DNA of 62,825 nucleotides from Candidatus Omnitrophota bacterium (GTDB lineage Bacteria; Omnitrophota; Omnitrophia; Omnitrophales; Aquincolibacteriaceae): NCBI GenBank assembly GCA_903884815.1, contig CAISGE010000071.1, positions 1 to 62,825 of the forward strand, read 5' to 3'. Shown piece by piece: positions 61,901 to 62,825 of this stretch (position 1 is its first letter; each line of letters starts with the position of its first letter). The notes under the pieces were generated by a model. It saw only the letters and a program-made list of their open reading frames with translations, ran no database searches and was not told where the DNA came from. The position numbers and the translations under genes were made by a program.

Positions 61901-62825
61901 CCTCCCCGTTCGCTGCCACAAAAATAGTGCGCCGGACCCGAAGGTCTCTAAACTTTTCCGGAACGCCCTGAATGTCCGAAGTGTTCAGTTCAAGCGTGAT
62001 ATACGGAATTTCACCCTCGATCATGGGAAGCCCTGTCATCTGCTTGCGACCGGAATCGATCACTTTCCACGGAGTGCGCGTCCGCGCGAATCCGTGGTTG
62101 GCCGTTTTGCCGTCTTTTTTCCAATCGATAGGCGCTCCGGAAAGATCCACAACCTCGCCATCGATCGTGATCTTCTGGCCCTCCGCCTCAAGCGCGCCCG
62201 ACCACGGGAACATAAACCAGCTCCCCCGTTCCGGCGAAAGCAGTTCCGTCTTGCCGCCATTCACTTTAATAGAAATAATATGGCCAAAAAGCTCCGGTGC
62301 CACAGTGACCGAATTGCCCGTGTCCTCATCTTTTAATGTAGAAACGCGCAGGTTCCCGTAGCTAGGATGATCTATGTCCTGCTCCGTCTGCACTGTCCGC
62401 TTCTCGGTGCGGAGCATCGCCGCCGGCGCTTCGGATTGAAGCGCGAGCTTTTCCCTGGCACTCTCCAGTTTCCGATCCAAGTCGACAGCATCATCGCTCG
62501 GAAGGACCGAGACTCCAAATGTCATAGAGGAGGGAACGGTGTGATTGAACGCCTCGACTCTACTAACCGCCGCTTCGCGGACCTGGAGCTTTTCCCTGGC
62601 ACTCTCCAGTTTCCGATCCAAGTCGTCAGCATCATTGTAATGAAGAACCGTGACCGTGAAATATGAGGAAGGAGCCGCGTGATTGAACGCCTCAACTCTC
62701 CTAACAGCCGCTTCGCGGACCTGGAGCTTTTCCCTGGCACTCTCCAGTTTCCGATCCAAGTCGTCAGCATCATTGTAATGAAGAACCGTGACCGTGAAAT
62801 ATGAGGAAGGAGCCGCGTGATTGAA
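46992..62825 (-). CDS. Giant modular protein (>5,270 aa, 5'-partial), putative polyprotein delimited by R[AS]ExR motifs
   Basis: No stop codon from the window edge to TAG at 46992. The ORF-track start (TTG 62759) is an internal Leu of a repeat. Contains two aldose-1-epimerase-like domains, a UROD/MtaA-like domain, HEAT-like repeats and many TM hairpins. Confidence 0.93.
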   Translation of the reverse strand, partial: FNHAAPSSYFTVTVLHYNDADDLDRKLESAREKLQVREAAVRRVEAFNHAAPSSYFTVTVLHYNDADDLDRKLESAREKLQVREAAVSRVEAFNHTVPSSMTFGVSVLPSDDAVDLDRKLESAREKLALQSEAPAAMLRTEKRTVQTEQDIDHPSYGNLRVSTLKDEDTGNSVTVAPELFGHIISIKVNGGKTELLSPERGSWFMFPWSGALEAEGQKITIDGEVVDLSGAPIDWKKDGKTANHGFARTRTPWKVIDSGRKQMTGLPMIEGEIPYITLELNTSDIQGVPEKFRDLRVRRTIFVAANGEVAIQYEIENTGTIAKKVGFGEHLVFNTPNRDQWSGAPSWLSIQGLKGAQWDESRPVSSGTPSGILHSSDYSILMAADPEVFLNQTFWTPEGKDYLGLEPQTGPPGAMDVTIQPGKTLRTWVSLFFSPVKRVSSLPQSQATGAGRGASTSSPLEWMGSPAQELNKAAADLKTLLQQSWGIRPEFITIEQPSPVLPHHAALRYVVIQNPEQSQASVTLGFTAYKGGGVLLSGRCFNNIDGSGNLMDEPIGTRSEKGITLTPRLIRPFMSSERVQNTLKHGGIGSEDIAGFAGRLMTALQARPDYLVEVLEAADTFHDLPFDIMPGWRNVLAQEAKSRDLDPAAFAAEFFNQYKQNVIDTLKSRAEGRAFGAMWKDLGWRVRDWASLGAGWQQAMLSWAILPIGHYFTSRLELGDPVTSPFHSTTWFGMNVALLGALVVTVFAALLVPKRYPTARPAAVLDEVSDDITTRAEMRVEVTAVTADHYKSVPTATAEEERRVWYHVAGTTDEGRSVEGLLISWADNGATIYSKASGVRRVTFQKAPTVQQISYDPGFVTYREAYRAFRFQALEKRLTTISAAVTLALGIFSLVFFPSLFLNLVSVGAATLALSGVIFFGIFLASFFSRADAWLALMTAVVAAAGVLAAALGLEIVASPFVAAAFTGVIFSGISFFGPWKDPNFKLRSWWAGIHKKRIVDATSTEAGLNLPLGEDSYHLSSLWWASLVPDTANLAYLVAFPSVRLTRINATPEQVTRAAWFLNRKEVSGINYELFAVMAHFRLLGFNLGRPVLQGILFVPKTSGQVVAITIPGSFWKPSEQTIVPFANRVSKAFNGQRTLDEDTVFSGAPDKVDLALDGKDRISITRAEMRNRREVAADMLKVLRPMLAGYTPQTDPQQIWNESALLATRKFWESRGFQPRAVASFAAGLYREFHDAWIVQNEGSDSFEFFNSLVSHLNTMSTASPKLRAKPMAQPTAWRAIQPQPGDKVKLSDGIVWTFEGFISGGGNIVKLRGPFTTREMPLAQLKGSLVMTKEEVAKRSTWGLGRVFNRRGLELVPAGTQRTNRAELRGFLGAIMLAGVLGLVSCQVSEPASEVPLAVEAAKQPSLLAHLKYGDSGPTAGVLATANPKKNLLMIKLPGGEKIEEEVPAGKRVPMPTDRWANPMDSKHTGAGLIWVFGQGVQHDETAVHDNGAPIAVSYSYVDEDDGMSKTLTFSLKRRSQARKSDLTQGADDPAKLFGTRAEKRTKDRGGNPGFVTMLKAHGLLVRDLFVLLRWAGHWLIRIAIVAAAPFFSAYKINAFISARLEPSAQYARWTIVLVTYGFASLVVGVILYYGFKRYRPKLPLYRKVITPAVYAHHDFMNRFADGFGPAGHAVARWLETLSIRNHNLLIVAKGILKSPELRNPHIVLHQIKEVPAIQEIQDLRPANYTRGEDGQLVEVKRPGKPVVRQQQVKVRTESVVIECVSPSGDKLAVRLSIQQISADQENLKVEVDAAVTGPTVAGQGRDLPRETVLVRGSPDIEKTVRQILENVFPYTQSFTYKSGELDVLRELLLLEDDIESAIGRGEGDTVAGLLNRAEEILSSSRKKKLFGEFLRDMLMRRFRSDKDRPLAVQILTGDQLQGPIAGVLGAALKSVMAKEFVQPRPQSIAALRNQGIRVPGYFLNSLTIRGKTGSFFQFYVPLSGSPILELPADDAAMDTQDAEQEQELSADGFAAALIEGSGLDAERLAEEITAAVDFDSLSPSVRFPWMDVQARLAPSDDGGPVDFSTFFTDAKQAVLEALANPRAEARQPFVEGWKAAVKGTFALSWYLYRQAQEGLFDVLVGGIAGLFGTLILVPFVALFYPLWRAFGPEDIEHDPSYAHVWESLQELIHHGEQGPDALDRPSPNDDNPGTNRRNETRVELQDKSALTKLGSPEEYQGFYRFGDLMERLADWLEVWQRQNPEVNAFAMSPAADKILWARMGASFSQDPAEWVAGFFEALSRDHKWSLDPNQQVRLRIRRYREIASIVDRSMIELEPVKVAVTHEVPVQPPVTQSAAFSAEAVRPPFAQAAPPVVQAQTATPVVPNRNPVPRPAGAPGVRMADVRGSAALAPRMAASRVSVAPASRMSDKEQSLHQYWTDNLKYYLWGDEDPEVKKASSSPKSTLGVVRPVIPSPVQVSAVAPSVSAANTAPQPVRPGARRVVPVAAQAPAKFVGSLQRLAMQGNRIDQKKLKKIQDVWMAVVSKIPEARKEHYYAFLKALEKGLGKSTFFEGLNGTRATKLEILAKVREADRVHVQTREIPPGYETIAKAIRDKYGRSESRDQQSAAVRMAELLSAGDNRSAAEAVTLVVAAYQDYRKVMDAPDVDKATRRAAEKEWHGLAVAFAQASKESRDRFSYASIHLFQGAVYDLVHGAFQEQVDRADRQRFFKKLAGWTVAGIVLGAALVTPNPGLTFAILLAAFAIGGITIPSARKFFFGGFLRQYFRVMKAIGAMQPGLLDSLSPKRALSRRVKALKAFRYGDDSAIPFLVQALKDENLPLQLKDENPPLLLKDENLSLQLLTIAALSQIGYGAAPALLAEAIGNIKPLLRAAAQFVLKVAARDNLAVRFLLESRGLDWYSDDLNDWSLASGRAETRTAAELAVMVLERLAIIDDAEVWGLTREVVRAGVSSLDEVREHLAETSAAHRDVFRTQKFRQEHLLPKVRKWGVVTTIVLSLGAVAVTFGGLAAWTSGLLIAAGAVFALSFLIVPYFFRSAIRRATEEIAEIDSFSKKSQLALKVIEGMEVEAGRAGIPFSDFVSKIQSQYPRLVQDVLAEEASEGKVHGWADSRLHRSETRTSALSHEAELLALRREVLDHLKDTRAFSPIFGYAALALYNKHHPKEKLTIEQVATDPKAHAKMRNWVTDHFGMEVVMGNMDIYMLHEAILKANGKKDLRPEFNDDLSLAPSQLLYLDQAGITDLDNLAPAKDVLEHGRIKALAEFFSDMKDQRPGEPRIAKVIAPMSLAVMLMDSNEMSMGLYNGKEDQHDEDFVKFQKVMKYAEDVVAAVSEYLVKEGHVDGIVYLEPTATGLAHNKLFDLDAYEKYGVDPVGRLSELLHGLGALSGYHPCCPGHDRDMNQQIMERFTKIKGLDILSIDAVYENLAEIYDYLEAIHAGEPRRPVLMGNLNTEAGSELAEKDEAAVIAAVEKLFRDMGTRGFIVATSCDLNIAGHVIDRMGGLDAYLDQLEKNIMAFSKRSGELAKRFRSESRDLTKQSVYAAALQIALQAVQRAEFSDLEPRKVLIEIDGYAGIRRFSRTVEVEDDDLRDLALIPDERSINLFGQAVPADIEAMINSHLSDAKPSRFQVFEAGTFKSKISGGSIIPVIRIRQVVDDDGRRIPPVARRFGAKSKGFTGREEDSLFEGMETVISDDSGSRVDRVMIDGHPVYFLSNAAGHEAEATTLGANLISLLMKQPDGSRVQRIWHKGKGEKLLDAEGAPFGGGSAVMGPWTTRGPAQFEARGKTYKIDTGSKLTRPIGPNKEYGLHGYFARMKWTTDEATDIRIVDGVPQISFHLKTKDYPELLAEDFHLGDAELILTYKLGDSGVTPEIKIINNNPYPIFLNFGLHFFFLLENIQDWEVFSEASKRRLVTSDGMNAPTVETVDVAGTSEDLSQGLPLKQYIEQLYTGLTFGADGNSTAYFYNKKTGEILSVTQDELFGSRTAWVPIGIAGIEGVASIQPTTGAGIFDMIKVPENDSVLGTMAVTSKFEPRAEVRSPSFGERVWMATKVTGIFMGKLSVAAAPFIKPVLVLAAAAAGAWFAQVQMGRAHPEVASQGFFMMVILCLYVSSIGLPAFGVYIFAGAVEVIGGAFRDHFFPQVIRTTGEARMIAYHLAGVRAGWEEWIGNRELQGRAEARVRVLVNQLAEKRQIQQVLFVLPRDGTNYVHLDPATKWKIAKAIVRVAGVIGLEKFLKGKPEVYGEVQYLDDYLVRPLLRKVRNYESSTSQEIAAEIPFWMTRAETRDAETIMREIGDRVPELVSVRAALKQDDIPEALNRMAAIEEQYLRADDALYALLLELSGSITKRSEGRSTEIIPGPIEVRLREGTAARFYLPLSETTIQYIMTETGLSRAQVETLVAQKIAEAAAAREASSKPLDRSEVRFPVVVLAGLMSVTSAIAFTKPVETRRAAELPGGTFIQQFERPVGKSRGMAVTTTGMTNLAYDPAVVLANDKAPLEAKTKAVEDLGKIKNAASAQVLFTAWTDMYDSGGSLREKIKDALIGMSGEVAPIAITQYFALRQEFGHRPKNMGGHILMEATGDLLGQLENPEAQFYSFLIQGNIAAAAEVPGAPEFARRHLTSPDRELRTRAMKTLEVLRVTSFSDFWNYHKTENLGMLILGIIGLGFVAFKIFGNIVMNIFILRHPVGYWVEALKNDVTRDDAVEELIKLGDRALPAIHELLAQTDLDLEIQHAAHRVLARSVAEPEGEDLGRAEKRAFAPAQNAVLDDLGNLTDEAAQDFDIAVTDWWNRKVVDKIGSMGGTHAVGRIDLYNLGKKERIFATVGSSHFQNGPELVARALKPFFVFILSNLEVGTRRDAQRWTSAILGEIAISEGHTDGSLPWINVKLKPVLGLLHRNPRLVRAYRELGEARSEETANRAEMRFHQSPPSRIGHTQLIGAGYYAPSVPHWPQERMSFKGDRVILTPEQIESLRVFYKELCFGLLAMNKVEQVEASLGTAGVADVINQIAGVPVVHAAEEAGEPNDVLGTLLPGDGNLTAENGVFKIPSGVAESVTTVSQAQGTLAIGGDMVKAYLMNREGKKALYALLKASSGSGDAPLVVVGSRDALIRDIERGLMSEGVVAPSEFEVRTAILEAIKQGEILKVIEPAGGQTENQVLNQYAVGLGKDAAGFATLHLAANSSEGLETGIHFAFGAPGVRSGDMMVVTALGIALKNLASLLRNVPDDAAREALLLKFVTEYLPGVRQMGLNFFLVENLMALAREFVARSEIRKAA
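50720..51720 (-). other. Aldose 1-epimerase/galactose-mutarotase-like domain 2 of the giant protein
   Basis: LGANLISL, MGPWTTR, LHGYFAR..W, NFGLHFFF; the catalytic Glu position reads SIQP. Confidence 0.7.
52233..53456 (-). other. UROD/MtaA-like (methylcobamide methyltransferase-type) TIM-barrel domain of the giant protein
   Basis: GVDGIVYLEP-like segment (HVDGIVYLEPTA), YEKY, YHPCC, ILSID, LMGNL, FIVATSCDL: H-x-C...C zinc-ligand pattern. Confidence 0.7.
54291..54371. repeat. 3 x 27-bp in-frame tandem repeat in a HEAT-like module
   Basis: Encodes LKDENLPLQ / LKDENPPLL / LKDENLSLQ. Confidence 0.9.
61530..62360 (-). other. Aldose 1-epimerase/galactose-mutarotase-like domain 1 of the giant protein
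   Basis: MFPWSG, NHGFAR..PW, GFGEHLVF, WTP..KDYLGLEPQTG: both catalytic His and Glu positions present. Confidence 0.75.
62445..62825. repeat. 138/141-bp (46/47-aa) in-frame tandem repeat running off the window edge
   Basis: DRKLESAREKL occurs three times, with periods of 141 and 138 bp; the last partial copy is identical to the one before it. Confidence 0.92.

Noticed and set aside
47004-62411. R[AS]ExR motif as a DNA recombination site or internal RBS/start (GGAG-ATG in RAEMR)
   Set aside because: Synonymous codons vary across copies, only 3 of 20 have Met, and GGAG abuts the ATG with no spacer.
62757-62759. ORF-track start codon of the giant gene
   Set aside because: It is a TTG Leu inside a tandem repeat; the frame stays open to the window edge.

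Overview
62.8 kb of bacterial DNA in which every supported gene lies on the minus strand, except a 57-codon BspA-type LRR fragment at the left edge. There are three blocks. (1) About 0.1-25.8 kb is an AT-richer surface-glycan modification locus: NeuB-cupin synthase, HAD, four radical SAMs (one B12-binding), NUDIX, three SAM methyltransferases, a YerE/ALS-like ThDP enzyme, a split transketolase, two SDR epimerases, two GtrB-like GT2s and two duplicated pairs of GT-C-like membrane proteins. (2) About 26-46.9 kb is housekeeping: tyrS, a Gld-like ABC system, yggS-proC-yggT-punA-ileS, an HK/RR/HD-GYP cassette, dksA-lspA-lgt-rluD and UbiD/UbiA-family genes. (3) 47-62.8 kb is the 3' part (>5,270 codons, open at the edge) of a giant gene; the style suggests Candidatus Omnitrophota (inference only). 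The main finding is that the giant protein is cut into about 19 unrelated modules by 20 copies of an R-[A/S/T/N]-E-x-R pentapeptide, conserved at the protein rather than the DNA level. Some modules start with their own lipoprotein- or Sec-type signal right after the motif, which is the layout expected of a bacterial polyprotein. Second, a 42-bp-unit palindromic element sits in-frame inside two unrelated housekeeping genes (the UbiD-family gene and lspA). No tRNA, rRNA, CRISPR array or transposase was seen.
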